Shown: positions 43,363 to 57,233 of the stretch, one piece after another | How the letters are laid out: every line of letters begins with the position of its first letter | Position numbering within the stretch: the first letter of the stretch is position 1 | Source: Octopus vulgaris | Lineage: Eukaryota | Assembly (NCBI GenBank): GCA_951406725.2 | Contig: OX597822.1 | Location: 40,238,001-40,302,000 of the forward strand | Direction: 5' to 3' | DNA: 64,000 bases | The notes under the pieces: generated by a model | Databases searched by the model: none | Told to the model about the DNA's origin: nothing | The model's input: only the letters and a program-made list of their open reading frames with translations | Program-made: the position numbers and the translations under genes

Positions 43363-43772
43363 TAATACGCAGAAGTTATATAGTGATTATTGGTCCAAGA
43401 GTTTTATATACATATATGTATATAAACATATGAATATGTATGTATGTATGTATATGTGTTTGTGTTTCTATGTATACATATGTGTGTGTGTATATATATA
43501 TATATATATGCTGATGCACATATTCATGCATATATACGTACGCACAGAGATGTGTTGTGTAAGTGTTTGTGTACTCACACACACATACACACACACATAT
43601 ATATACCTTTTACTTGGTTCAAACCGTTGGGTAGAGAGAAACTCAAGTATAAAGGTGCAGACACACACACACACACACACACACACACCGACATACACAC
43701 ACACACACACACCGACATACACACACACACACACACACACGTGTATGTGATTGTGTAAGTATGTATACAGAC

Positions 43773-43938
43773 ACACGGGGTTCTTTAAATTTCTGTGTCC
43801 TAAATATGCTCACACGGCATCGGTCGACCCCCAAGTCTATTGTAGAAGACTCTTGGCCAATGTGCTACGCAGTGGGATTGAATCCAGAATCATGTGGCTG
43901 AGAACCAAGCTTCTTACCACACAGCCACCCCTGCACCT
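43773..43938 (-). mobile_element. SINE-A 5' half
   Basis: gtagaagactcttggccaatgtgctacgcagtgggattgaa...cttcttaccacacagcc. Confidence 0.78.
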
Positions 43939-44338
43939 CCATTATATTAGGGTTCCTGATAATTTTGGTGTTTGATCCACAGATTTCTGTGCACGGCACC
44001 GTGATTGGTTTATCTTCATCATGTGATCTAAAGACTATCCACTCCTCCCACACACAGCATTTAATATTCAGTGTAGAAATGCTTTTAATAATATATCTTT
44101 GATTTCTATTCCTGCGTGTGTTTATATGAATAAATTATAGCATTTCGTGTTTGCTTCACTATTAATGTTTATGGACCGTTACAAGAACTAACACAATCTC
44201 ATTGTCAGAAACAAACATCACAGCAACTGAGAGAATAACAACAACGACAATAACAAATAGTGCAGCAACATCAGTAGTTGGTGGAGTATTGTTCAGGGTT
44301 CTGCAGTTGTCACTAACGGTGCTACGTATGGTGCACAC

Positions 44339-44404
<66 letters not shown>

Positions 44405-44649
44405 TGCACACACGCACACACACGCACAAACACACGCACCGTATTTCGTATTCTGATTACAGATGCGTATATACATACAGGCGAGCGCGTGTGTGGATAT
44501 ATATACGCCTTAGACTCGGGGAAAAACCGCCTTATGAGCTTATGGGCCTCGAGAAGAACCTTTGAAATTTCATGATGTATATGTGCTTATGTATGTTTGT
44601 GTGTGTAAGTATATATGTATGTGTGTGTGTAAGTATATATATGCCTTAG

Positions 44650-45037
44650 TGGAGGCGCAATGGCCCAGTGGTTAGGGAAGCGGACTCGCGGTCATAGGAT
44701 CGCGGTTTCGATTCCCAGACCGGGCGTTGTGAGTGTTTATTGAGCGAAAACACCTAAAAGCTCCACGAGGCTCCGACAGGGGATGGTGGTGATCCCTGCT
44801 GTACTCTTTTACCACAACTTTCTCTCACTCTTACTTCCTGTTTCTGTTGTACCTGTATTTCAAGGGACCGACCTTGTCACACTCTGTGTCACGCTCAATA
44901 TCCCCGAGAACTACGTTAAGGGTGCACGTGTCTGTGGAGTGCTCAGCCACTTACACGTTAATTTCACGAGCAGGCTGTTCCGCTGATTCGGATCAACCGG
45001 AACCCTCATCGTCGTAACCGACGGAGTGCTTCCATCC
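44650..45037 (+). mobile_element. SINE-C (tRNA-derived, octopus OR-like) with tail type 1 and 13 bp TSD
   Basis: A-box tggcccagtgg, B-box ggtttcgattccc; TSD atatatgcct(t/c)ag. Confidence 0.9.
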
Positions 45038-45379
45038 ATATATGCCTCAGCATGACCGCAGCTTTAAAACTGAAACCACTTTAAAATACGCACACACTTT
45101 ATTTATGAGTTAACAATGCTACCAAGAGATCATATGGAAAGGGTTTCCATAATCTTCAAGCAACCCATTTAAGAATGGTGGTAAAATCCTCCATTGTGAA
45201 TGGGAGTCGTCACAATATGATGGCACCCAGCCAAAATAATGGCGATTATCAGCATTCTTACGTAGATTTCTTGGAGATCGTAGAAATCATTTCCACATGA
45301 AACCATTGGTAATATAATACAAAAATAATGAATATTTATCCATAACATACGGCACTGAGTACTCATTGTCACTATTCGA

Positions 45380-45441
<62 letters not shown>

Positions 45442-45639
45442 TTTGAAAGTTATACAAGCATATGCCTGTTGGCTAGGAATGTTAAGACTGTTGAGAGAGA
45501 TATAGACCCCTGCAACACACACATGTATATATAAGGGCAGAATTAGGAAATATTCCTTAAGTTTTGTGGAGGGAGCAGAGAGAAAGAGTGAGAAATAGGA
45601 AATATGTATAAAGTGAAATGCTGGTGACTAATTCTAGTC

Positions 45640-45790
45640 GTTTACATCGACCCTGTACTTGCCTGGTACTTTTTTTTTTATCAACCCCGAAAGGCTGACA
45701 GGAAAAGTCGACCTCGGCGGAATTCGAACTCAGACCGTAAAGACGGACGAAATGCCACCAGGCATTTTGTCTACCCTGCTAACGATTTTA
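45640..45790 (-). mobile_element. SINE-B fragment
   Basis: aaagtcgacctcggcggaattcgaactcagaccgtaaagacggacgaaatgcc. Confidence 0.8.
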
Positions 45791-45843
45791 TTAGTAACAA
45801 CGAAAACGATAGCGATGATGAAGTTAGAGAATGAATGATATAT

Positions 45844-46151
45844 CACTGATCACCTTGACCGACCAGGCTATCAAATGTTGCTACACATCACTGGTCACAA
45901 TGCGCTTCGCATTGTTTTAGCCTCAAATGACGCCACCCCGTTGGCTAAGCGAGCAGGCCAACAGAAGAAAGAACGAGAGAAAGTTGTGGCGAAAGAGTAC
46001 AGCAGGCATCGCCACCAACCCCTGCCGGAGCGTCGTGGAGCTCTAGGTGTTTTCGCTCAATAAACACTCACAACGCCCGGTCTGGGAATCGAAACCGCAA
46101 TCCTACAACCGCGAGTCTGCTGCCCTAACCACTGGGCCATTTCGCCTCCAC
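45844..46151 (-). mobile_element. SINE-C with tail type 2 and 12 bp TSD
   Basis: Same head and body as 44650 with a different tail; TSD tgaatgatatat at 45832-45843 and 46152-46163. Confidence 0.9.
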
Positions 46152-46270
46152 TGAATGATATATATGAATAGTTATACAAGTGTATAAGCATATATATTGA
46201 GTGTGTGTGCGTGAAGTTTGTGGGTACATGTATGCCACTGTGTGTGAATTCTGTGGGTACATGTATGTCG

Positions 46271-46317
<47 letters not shown>

Positions 46318-46549
46318 TAATTTTACGAAGGAGTAGGTGAGTATAAATGTAAAATAGTAATTGAAAAATATACAGATGTAGAACGACTAGAAGTATGTGC
46401 CCGCGCCTGTGTGACTGTGAAAGTGGACACGTTCATTTTATGCTTTCTGGGACACAATCATTGTGCTGTCAAGAAAGCCTGACAATCATTGTGGTGTCTG
46501 TGTGACACATATAAATACAGGCATATATGCGCGTGTGTGTGTGAGCATG

Positions 46550-46980
<431 letters not shown>

Positions 46981-47425
46981 ATCTATGTATATTACACTAT
47001 ATAGATTCTCTTTGTTAAACTGCATTCAATGCACCAGTTGTCATCAACGACATCACAAGTCGGTTGATGTCTTCTGCAAATGTCGTTCATGAGTGGCTGC
47101 AAGTAAGCAATTTACGAATGACTAATGCAGGGCTGTTTACTCTTTAATATCGATGCCATGAACACAGTAGATTGGTTTTTATAGGAAGGGATTCAGGAAA
47201 TTCAGAACGAAAAAAAAAAAAAATAAAGGGTTAATTACATAACCTAAACATATAACTATGATATATCGATCACATTGTAATAAACATGATGAATTAGGTT
47301 TTTGTTTCTCTGTTTATTAAATTTTATTTTATCGCTACGTGAATTAGATTTACGTATAAATCAATCAATCACTTTCTATTTTCTTTTGTCTCTCCTGCTA
47401 TGCGTGCACACATACACAAACACAT

Positions 47426-47475
<50 letters not shown>

Positions 47476-48355
47476 TCATACAGATACATACACACATATA
47501 TATTCACGCATTCGGTTACATAAGTCTGAGAAGCTACGTTCGTGTGACGAGCCTGCATAGTTGAACGGAGACGAATCACACCGTTATTAAATACTTAGAC
47601 ATACACTTACCAAACGTGTTGACTGCTTCTTTCTTTCGTTTGTTCACTCATTCGTATACATACATACATACATAGATGGCTGCAAATTCGTGTTCGTGTC
47701 CTGCCATCGCCTGAACGAAAGTCCTACACTTGCGAAGGCCACAACCATCCATTTTTGTGATAAGTCTTACATATTTTCAAGCGATGCCTGTGCACGGTGA
47801 TTTTTTTTATAGTAAAGAAAGGATTTGCCCAAATCCAATCCCACTCTCTGAACATGGATAACATACGCCCGAAAAGAAGAACTAGCCTACATCATAGAAT
47901 ATTGTCAGTGTAGCAGATTTCCTCTCAGAGTTTCCCTCTCCTAGAGAGATGTGATGACAACAACAGAGGGGCCTCCCACTCCTAGTGGGCGCCTCGACAC
48001 CAGCCCAGGCATTTCCATGTCCCCGTGCATACATACATGCATACATACACATGTACACATTGTTGGATGTCCGTTGACTGCTCATGAGCTCTTCCACCCT
48101 TTTACAATATCAGATAATTAAAATTTACGTAAAAAATATTATAATGGTTTTGATAAATGTATAATCAAAATATTTCGAAGGAAACAAAGCTATGAATGGA
48201 ATCGCTTAAATATCGGGCTTTAAAACTCTTTTCATAGGAAAAGTCGAAAGATGCTGGTGCGACAAGAGTCCGATTCACATCACCTGCAAATATGATACAT
48301 ACCAACCTACACACATGCATACGCATTTACCCATCTGCATTTATAGCCTTTGCTT

Positions 48356-48846
48356 TATATTCTTTTCTACTCTAGGCACAAGGCCCAAAATTTTGGCCTC
48401 GGCGGAATTTGAACTCAGAACGAAATACCTATTTCTTTACTACCCACAAGGGGCTAAACACAGAAGGGACAAACAAGAACAGACAAAGGGATTAAGTCGA
48501 TTATATCGACCCCAGCGCGTAACTGGTTCTTATTTAATCGACCCCAAAAGGATGAAAAGTAAAGTCGACCTCGGCGGAATTTGAACTCAGAACGTAGCGG
48601 CAGACGAAATACCTATTTCTTTACTACGCACAAGGGGATATACACAGAGGGGACAAACAAGGACAGACAAACGAATTAAGTCGATTATATCGACCCCAGT
48701 GCGTAACTGATACTTATTTAATCGACCCGAAAGGATGAAAGGCAAAGTCGACCTCGGCGGAATTTGAACTCAGAACGTAGTGGCTGACGAAATACCGCTA
48801 AGTATTTCGCCCGGCATGCTAACGTTTCTGCCAGCTCGCCGCCTTA
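48356..48846 (-). mobile_element. Tandem SINE-B array (one full unit plus two 5'-truncated units)
   Basis: ctcggcggaatttgaactcagaacg occurs three times; units are joined at ...aagaaatag|gtatttcg. Confidence 0.9.
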
Positions 48847-49272
48847 ATGTGAACATATATATATATTAGCCAAACCCCTGTAACTATAATGGCCGCAGTC
48901 TTGTCATGTCTGATTGATCAGCAAATAGTAGTACCGACACCTGTGGCCACTGGAATTGTGTTGCCTAAAACTGTGGACATTAGCCACAAACAATTATACA
49001 GATTGTGATGATATTGTTGCTGTCTACCGTTAATTTATTCGATCATTCATCATTTCGTTTTCAATGTATTTTGATAAATATTTTCTCTTATGATTGATGT
49101 ATTTATCATGGTGCACTCCACACCATCACAGCTGTTTATCTGAGATCAGAATTGTTTGTTTTTGCTTTTCTGAATGTGTCTGCGTTATTTTCTAAAATGC
49201 TACTCTGTCTGTCTATCTGTTTTCCATCTGTCTGTCTGTCAAACTTCCTCTTTGTCTATTGACTGTGTGTAC

Positions 49273-49310
<38 letters not shown>

Positions 49311-49475
49311 TGGTGGTGGTGGTGGGGGGGGGTATGATAAATAAGCTTTGGCAGAACGCATTTAGCTTTTCATCGATTTGAGTTACGTATTTATCGTTAT
49401 TAAATACTTCTGATTGCTGCTTCTGTTTGTGCGTGTGTTCGCTTTAAAATTGTCGATTTTTACCTGCATTCATAT

Positions 49476-49708
49476 ATATTTATTTATTGCCCACAGGGGG
49501 CTAAATATAGAGGGGATAAACTAAGATAGACAAAGGGATTAAGTCAACTACATGGATCCCAGTGCGCAGCTGGTGCTTATTTAATCGACCCCGAAAGAAT
49601 GAAAGGCAAAGTTGACCTCGGCGGAATTTGAACACAGAACTTAACCGCAGACGAAACACCGCTAAGCACTTCGTCCAGCGTGCTAACGATTCTTCCAGTT
49701 CGCCACCA
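49476..49708 (-). mobile_element. SINE-B, full length
   Basis: Matches the 53864 copy; imperfect TSD ttacctgcattcatat / ttacctacatttatat. Confidence 0.88.
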
Positions 49709-49929
49709 TTACCTACATTTATATTAATTTGGGGACGAAAACGTATTTGATCTGCCTATTATGTCTGCGCAATGCCATGCTATTGTTCAGAGGGATTTTT
49801 GCTGATGTATGGGGTTAGCTATTATTATTGTGTGTTACTGTACAATCTCTAATAATCTTAACCATCAGTTGTTAGTTATATCCAACCTATATATACCAAC
49901 TCTTCCTTTCCAAATGACCATCCCATATA

Positions 49930-50909
49930 CCGTAAATCCTCGAGTATAGTCCGCCCTTGAGTATAATACGCAAGGGATTTTAGGTGGGCTGTACCTCTGA
50001 AAAACCTAAACATTGTGTATAATACGCACCCCTTCTCTAACTTGAGTCAAGGAGGTTTATACAGGGTCAGGCAAAATGATCTGACACATTTGTAGGTTAC
50101 ATAAAAGGCAAATGAAGTAAAGAAACAAAAAAGTGTTTTTATTTTTGAAAAGTACATATAATGCCGTATTGTTTCATTATGTTTTAAAAATTAAATCAGT
50201 CAAATGGGATCCATAATTGTCCACACACTGTCGAAGGCGTTCACGAAAGTTGTCAATAACTCGGCGGGTCATTTCATGTGGAATGGCAGTAATTTCTTGA
50301 CGAATTGTATCTTTAAGTTGGTCGGCCGGTTGATTTTCGTTTCAATGCAGATCCAGTAGCTCTGAAGTTGGTAACCCATAACAAGATCGTGTTTCGAGCT
50401 GGTACGGGATCATGTCTACCAAGATTGAAGTGCAAACGGAACGCTCTTTGTGTTGCAGTTACAGAATCGTTTGTTTTGATAAACGTTTCCACAATGAAAG
50501 CGCGATGCTCACCAGTCCAATTCATGGCAGCAACTGAAAAAGAAACGAAAAACAACGCCTTTTATTTAACCTACAAATGTGTCAGATCATTTTGCCTGAC
50601 CCTGTATAACGTCCTTGGTTTGTAAAAATGTATACGGTAACGTCCTGTGTAGCTTTTTTGTGCATTTTGTTTGAAATAACAGTAATAACGTTTAATAAAT
50701 GTTGCTAACTGCAAGTTATGGAGGATTTAAGGTATTTTCGCGCCCGACATCACAAAATGCGTCTGAATAAACATTGTCAGACAGCAAATATAGACTCGGA
50801 CATTGCTTAGGAAATATTTTTCATTTTTAACCTCGTATATAGTACGCACCAGTGATTTTGACCTTTAAATTTTGGGGGGAAAATGCGGATTATACTCGAG
50901 GATTTATGG
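49930..50909. mobile_element. Non-autonomous Tc2/pogo-like DNA transposon (MITE), interrupted by a mariner-type element
   Basis: TIRs ccgtaaatcctcgagtatagtccgc (49930) and gcggattatactcgaggatttatgg (ends 50909), TA on both sides. CCGTA termini are typical of Tc2-like elements. Confidence 0.85.
50062..50604 (-). mobile_element. Internally deleted Tc1/mariner-superfamily transposon
   Basis: Perfect ~38 bp TIRs cagggtcaggcaaaatgatctgacacatttgtaggtta, TA TSD. Retains transposase N-terminus MNWTGEHRAFIVETF...WVTNFRATGS (DUF4817-like HTH) and C-terminus DQLKDTIRQEITAIP...RLRQCVDNYGSHLTDLIFKT*. Confidence 0.93.
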
Positions 50910-51062
50910 TAATAGTTTCGTTCTCAACTTCAATCATAATTACTTTACTCTTATTTTTTTCGCCAATTGTTTTTTTTTCTAGACATTAGTAGAACATTTT
51001 CGCTTCTTCATTGTTGTAATTTCTTGGTGAAGCGTAGATCGAAATAAAACGTGTGCAGTATA

Positions 51063-51233
51063 TAGGCACAGACGTGGCCATGAGGTTAAGAAGTTCGCTT
51101 TACAACCACGTGGCTTTTGGTTCAGTTCCAATGCGTGGCACCCTTCGGCAAGTGTCTTCTACGATAGGTTTCGGACCGACCGATTTCTTGTGAGTGAATA
51201 TGCTAGATGGAGTCTAGATGGAAGCTGGTCGTA
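51063..51233 (+). mobile_element. SINE-A 5' half
   Basis: ggcacagacgtggc...ggttcagttccaatgcgtggcacc...ggcaagtgtcttctac. Confidence 0.78.
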
Positions 51234-51594
51234 CATCAGAGGGTAAGACTTGGTGTTGGTGGTAGTGGTGGTGGGAGATTATTATCCATAGGCGACAAAA
51301 ATCTTGCTATTTAAACCTAAAGTGATTTCTGTAGACATTGAACCTACGACTACTCTTTTTACACAGCCAGTATTAGAATAGGTATGGTAGATTGATAGAT
51401 AGATAGATAGATAGATGAAGATTGGGGGACAAATGCATAATGTGTGAAAGAAATGATAGATGTGTGAAGGAAAAAGAAATATGGGAGTAAAAGTGAGTGT
51501 GCGAAAGAGAATGAATAAGAGTAAAAACGAGCGAATTTTATATATATAAAAGTGGTGCTCCAGCATGACCACAGACCAGTGACTGAAACTAGTA

Positions 51595-51648
<54 letters not shown>

Positions 51649-51665
<17 letters not shown>

Positions 51666-51846
51666 CTCTGTCTGTGTTTTTCCCACCACCATAGCTTGAC
51701 AACTGATGTTGGTGTGTTTACGTCCCCGCTACGTGGCGGTTCGGCAAAAGAGAATGATAGTATAAGTACTAGGCTTACAAAGAATAAGTCGTGGGCTCGA
51801 TCTGTTCGACTAATGACTGAAACAAATAAAAGAATGAAGAATAAAA
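51649..51846 (+). mobile_element. SINE-A 3' half
   Basis: gcttgacaactgatgttggtgtgtttacgtcccc...taagtactaggcttacaaagaataagtc. Confidence 0.82.
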
Positions 51847-52317
51847 TACACACACACACACACACACACACGTGTATGTATATATATATATATATTTATA
51901 TTATATGTATATATATATATATTTCAATATAATATACATATATATATGTATTCTAATATAATATATATAATTAAATACACACACACATTTATATATATAT
52001 ATATGTGTGTGTCTGTGAGAGAGGACGCTTGTGTGTGTGTGAGTTCACCTGCATTGATGCATCATTTGGCGCAAACTGCTCAGAAAGATAATGGTTCTGT
52101 TGTTAGAATCAGATGAGTTGTAAAATATAAACGCTCACGCATACATCCTAACACACTCCCTGTCACTCTTACAGGTACACGCACACACACACATCAACGT
52201 ACTCTCTCGCTCCCGAATGTGCACAAACATCTACTTTCCTTTCACATTTCAAAATATAATACGAGGGTGGGGGAACACTTACTTCAGTCTGCTGTTAATT
52301 AACCAAGGATTAGTATT

Positions 52318-52507
52318 TCTTTTATCTTCTATTTGTGTCAGTCATTAGACTGTGGCCATGCTGGGGCATCGTCTTGAAGAATATTAGTCGAACAGCTTAT
52401 TTTCTTTCTTTTTTATCCTGATACTTATTCTATCAACCTCTTGTGTGGGGCCACTGATTTGCAGTGACGTAAATACTCCAACACTAGTTGTGAAGTGGAG
52501 GAGAAAG

Positions 52508-52546
<39 letters not shown>

Positions 52547-52710
52547 TTGACGGGCTTCTTTCAGTTTCCATCTACTAAATCCACTCAAAAGTCTTTGGTT
52601 GGCCTCGGATTTTTGTAGAAGACACTTGCCCAAGGTACCACGCAGTGGGACTGAACTTGGGACCATGATGTTGAGGAACAAACTTCTTTTCACACTGTCA
52701 TGTCTGCGCC
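52318..52710 (-). mobile_element. SINE-A, full length, diverged
   Basis: gactgtggccatgctggggca...gacacttgcccaaggtaccacgcagtgggactgaac. Confidence 0.82.
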
Positions 52711-53863
52711 AATTTGTTTACATTTAAAACGACAAAAATGATATAGAACAATATAAATGTATCGTAAAGTATATTTGCCACTTAAATGTGGATAACCCTT
52801 AATGGCGGATGCTACACTTGCTCGGTTCGGCTGCTCTACATTGATAAAGGGCAAATACTCTGAAACTAGTCTGTAGATGCCAGACCAGCAAGGGGAAACG
52901 GCTGACCTCCCCCGTTCGAAAGTTATAATGGACACAGGTTCGTGCGTAACATAGCTAGCTAGATGCGATGGCCTCTTGGAGCTAATCAACGGCAGTATTC
53001 GTCCTATTTTTCTGGACTGCCATGTTAGCTTGGTGATAACTATTAATATAAGTGTAATCATATAACTTAGAGCTAAAACTTCAGAACTCTAATTTATGTC
53101 TCATCGTTGATTCCTGATACAGATATATATATATATATATAAGAGAGAGAGAGAGAGAGGCGAGGAAAGCGAGAAATAAGAAAAGATGGGAAAAGTTGTC
53201 ACACCTGAGTGTTGAACGCTGTGTTTGCTGTAGTTTAGACCGTCTCTGCCGATAACGCTAATTTAGAATGCATAACTTTCATAGAAATGGTTGAATGTTC
53301 TAACACTGCACAGCCTGATACTAAAATCGTAAAAATAGAAATGCGATCTTTCGACTTGAAAGATTACATGTCCTTGTTGGATATAAATAATCAAAAACTA
53401 TTCACTTAGATATAAATCTTAAATGTTATCAAGTTTCTCTTATACACTGCAATCTTTTATCAAAAAGTAATTAATTAACATCAATTTTTATAACAGTCAA
53501 CAGCACTTCAAAGTGTCACTACTAATTGAAAAGCTTTATGTTCGGACAATGGCAAGTCTCTTGAAAAATTCTTATTTGCTTAGTGACTGTCAGAATTTGA
53601 TGTTAATCCGAACACAGTTCACACCTTATTAACGGCAAGCCCATTTAAACTTAGGTAACACCAACATAATTATACTTTAGGGAGTGTACAAAGACGATTC
53701 TTCATTACCATGACTAATACACTCTATTTATGAATCATAATATTTCATCTTTTAGAAAATTATTAGATTATGTCAATCCCTCTTAATCCTGATGTATTCT
53801 TGAAAAAACATGTGATATGCCACTCACATTTAAATCTCGAACTATCGAAGTGAATTACTTTCT

Positions 53864-54095
53864 TATTTCATTATTGCCCACAAGGGACGAAACATAGAAG
53901 GGGCAAACAAGGACAGACAAACGGATTAAGTCGATCACATCGACCCTAGTGCGTAACTGGTACTTAATTTATCGACCCCGAAAGGATGAAAGGCAAAGTC
54001 GACCTCGGCGGAATTTGAACTCAGAACGTAACGGCAGACGAAATGCCGCTAAGCATTTCGCCCGGTGTGCTAACGTTTCTGCCAGCTCGCCGCCT
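53864..54095 (-). mobile_element. SINE-B, full length with 21 bp TSD (tRNA-like head, cctttcatcctttcggggtcgataaa core)
   Basis: TSD tatcgaa(g/a)tgaattactttct at 53843-53863 and 54096-54116; B-box gagttcaaattcc. Confidence 0.92.
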
Positions 54096-54459
54096 TATCG
54101 AAATGAATTACTTTCTACCTGCCTACACTCACCGTTTAAATTGCACAAGTTGTCGTGAATGACATTATAAAAATATAATAACGTTAGAGTAATCTCCATT
54201 TAAATGTATCAGCTGTATATTTAAAAAACAACCCCACATATATAAAATTTTCAGACTTTTCCAATAAAAATACCACATGAATATATTTATTCTTGTGCGA
54301 AAATTATCAAAAGGCCATTTATATATATATATGCACGCACACATATTTCACACGCCACCCATTCTCTCAGCAACCAATAACAATTATCATTTGCAATTTT
54401 TAAATATAGAAACAAAAATTATGACTATAAATTTTAATATTAAATTATAAATGGCTTAC

Positions 54460-54690
54460 CGAGGAGGTAAATGTGTTCGCCTATTTAGAAGAGACTATAA
54501 ATATATGCTGAGATTTGAACGCTGAAATCTTATACAGTGTAAGAGCAAAATGGAAGACATTTGCCGCGATTAAAAGAAAAACAGTTGTCGAGCGGTATCC
54601 AAGAGATCGAAAGTGATCACTCGGAAGACCTCCAAGACGACAGGAAAACGACATAGTCAGCCATTTTGGGCCCGAACGGAAAAAAGGGCA
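54460..54690 (-). promoter_or_regulatory. Candidate TSS / non-coding first exon
   Basis: Repeat-free, relatively CpG-rich patch with YY1-like caaaatggctg (54659-54669), ending at donor-like CG|GTAAGC (54460). Motif evidence only. Confidence 0.3.
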
Positions 54691-55856
54691 TAATCAAAGG
54701 AAGAATAGAAGTACATCGTGACCAGCGATGTATAAGGACATTTGATAATCTAATTGATAAAGGCATAATCTGATTATGCATAACTTTTCCCACATTACTT
54801 AATATACCATGAGATGCTGATACCATAACACTCTGCTAACAGCAAACATATGAACTCTATAAGGCAACGTTGGGTCCTCATTTTACTTGTAGATGCTTGC
54901 AAATTGTAGACACGCACGAGCGCGCACGCTCACACGCTTATGTACACATATATAAGGGTGCCTTCACTTTTTATCAATTACGTTTTCTTTTCTTTTTCTA
55001 AGAGAGCCTTGATGATTATTTGCTAAGTAAATATCCCAAGTCCATCATCAATGTTCTTGATCTTTGCTTTTCCAGTGTTATTAGCCTGTTTTGCAGCCTC
55101 TTTACAATAGACAGGAGAAATGTGATTGGTTAGTCGTAACAGCCGGGAATTGAAGTTTTAAACTTTTAGACTTATACGTTATCAGATAAATGTTTTATTT
55201 GTGGTTACTGTATGTTATCCGTGTTTATTTTTCTATCATGTTCTGTTACAAACACGGCATCCATTAGCAATTATCTATTGTGGGGAATTCCGTGGTGTAT
55301 ACGGATGTTATCTCGTAATGTTTTCCTATCAACTTCTATTTTGTTTGTGTAACATTGTACACTACAATTGATTGAACCTTGCAGGAAATGTAGGGTCAAT
55401 TGCTCGGAGGGAATCGTACATGTGTAGCTTGTTTCCAGCACAGTGAAATTGAGGTGAAATTTGTAAACAGATTTACAACGTGTAATAAATATTTTTATGA
55501 AACATATTTTTACTATAATTTGTTTGTGTTAAAATATTTAATGCATAGAAAATAAAATTGTGCCATAGTAAAAGCAATATTTGTCAATAACTAATAATAT
55601 TGTTTTGAATGTTTTCTGAAGTGCAGGAAACAAACTACCAGCATGTTTCGGTCTTTATAGACATTCTCAGTAAAATATAGCCTTGACTTGTTTGCTGAAT
55701 TGTAAAATTACAAACTAAATATACAATAATATACACGCAAGGTGTACATTATTCTGATTTTAAATCCCACTCTACATGAAAAATACAATCATTCAGTAGG
55801 AGTCAACATATTTAATGCAAGGTGTTTGTATGTATGACTACACACACACACACACA

Positions 55857-55893
<37 letters not shown>

Positions 55894-56171
55894 AGAGAGA
55901 GAGGGAGAGGGAGATATGTATATAGAGAGAGATAATAATATTAGGGAATATGATTCCAAACTTACAGGGAAAAATTAAATTTAGTGATACTAAGTCAAAT
56001 TTCACAATATATAATGTATGTATATAAATTAGAGAAGAACCATCATTAAGCCATCCAACAATGATATACTAAATCATACCATATAGAAAAAAATTAAAGA
56101 TACGATAAAACAATTACCTAAAATAAATATAGTACTAAATAATAAATAAATAGTGTATATATATATATATA

Positions 56172-56351
56172 TATTTCTTTATTGCCTACAGGGAGCTAAA
56201 CATAGAGGGGACAAATAAGGACAGACAAAGGGATTAAGTCGATTACATCGACCCAGTGCTTAATTGGTACTTATTTAATCGATCCCGAAAGGTTGAAAAG
56301 CAAAGTCGACCTCGGGGGAATTTCAGCTCAGAACATTAAGACAGACGAAAA
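56172..56351 (-). mobile_element. SINE-B, 5'-truncated, within (TA)n
   Basis: Matches the SINE-B core and tail. Confidence 0.85.
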
Positions 56352-56911
56352 TATATATAAAAATATATTGTATATATGCTGATATATGTAAATTTTCATG
56401 ATCGTATAAACCGAATGACTGAATATTTTTCTCTCTTCTTTCCAGGTATGTGAATCTTAAGTTACCTTTCAACAAGAAACTCAAATCCGGTAGGGAAAAC
56501 TATCATCATTATTATCGTCGTTAATGCTTTCAAATAATTTTTTTTAATAAATTTCTGCTGCCTCATCAAGTGTCCCGCCATGCTGCTGAGGTCTACTGTG
56601 CATCATTGAGAATTCAGAAAGGCGTTTTTTCTTTTGTGTCAGCTGTTTTGTTTTGTTGTGCCTGGTATTGTTTTAAGGATTTTTGTCAGCTGTGTTATGA
56701 CAGAGTGTCATACTGAGTTGAAAGGTTTTGCTTTGGTGTGTTAATGTTCCGAATGTGTTGTGTGATTAATGTAATGAGTTTTAGTGTAGAACGTTGAATC
56801 TGGGCAGTATAAGGTTGTGTGCGCATGTGTGTGTTCTGCACCCATTAATGTGTGGTAGCTGTGTATATTATGTTAAATGTGGTGTGTTTGATAGATAGTA
56901 TATAAAAAGAT

Positions 56912-57034
56912 GTGGTGATTCCAACCGCCGGGCCGTGGATTGTTTGGTAGCAGGCTGCGAAGAAAGTATAAATTTAAAAAAAATTATTTCCATTTTATTG
57001 ACTATCAAAGACTGCAGGTTGTTTTTGCATTATA

Positions 57035-57102
<68 letters not shown>

Positions 57103-57233
57103 ATTTTATATGTAACAATTAAATTATATTATATGCCCTTTATTGTGTTTTGTTGTGAAAAGGATTCCCTGGTCCGTGAGAAAACTGTCTCGCATGAAAC
57201 CAGTCTATGCTGCAAAATGTTTGGTAACCGCTG
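56912..57233. mobile_element. hAT-Charlie (MER1-like) MITE, decayed, with internal (TA)n
   Basis: Right end reads cagcggttaccaaacattttgcagcatagactggtttcatgcgagacagttttctcacggacc on the minus strand. Left end is ttccaaccgccgggccgtgga. Both resemble MER1/Charlie3 termini as I recall them. Confidence 0.6.

Noticed and set aside
44650-44725. tRNA gene calls for SINE heads (also 26533-26607 and 46080-46151)
   Set aside because: No proper acceptor stem, and the heads run into multicopy SINE bodies with TSDs.
47900-48025. GC-richer patch resembling an RTE-LINE UTR (also 2085-2330)
   Set aside because: Resemblance too weak to call without a database search.
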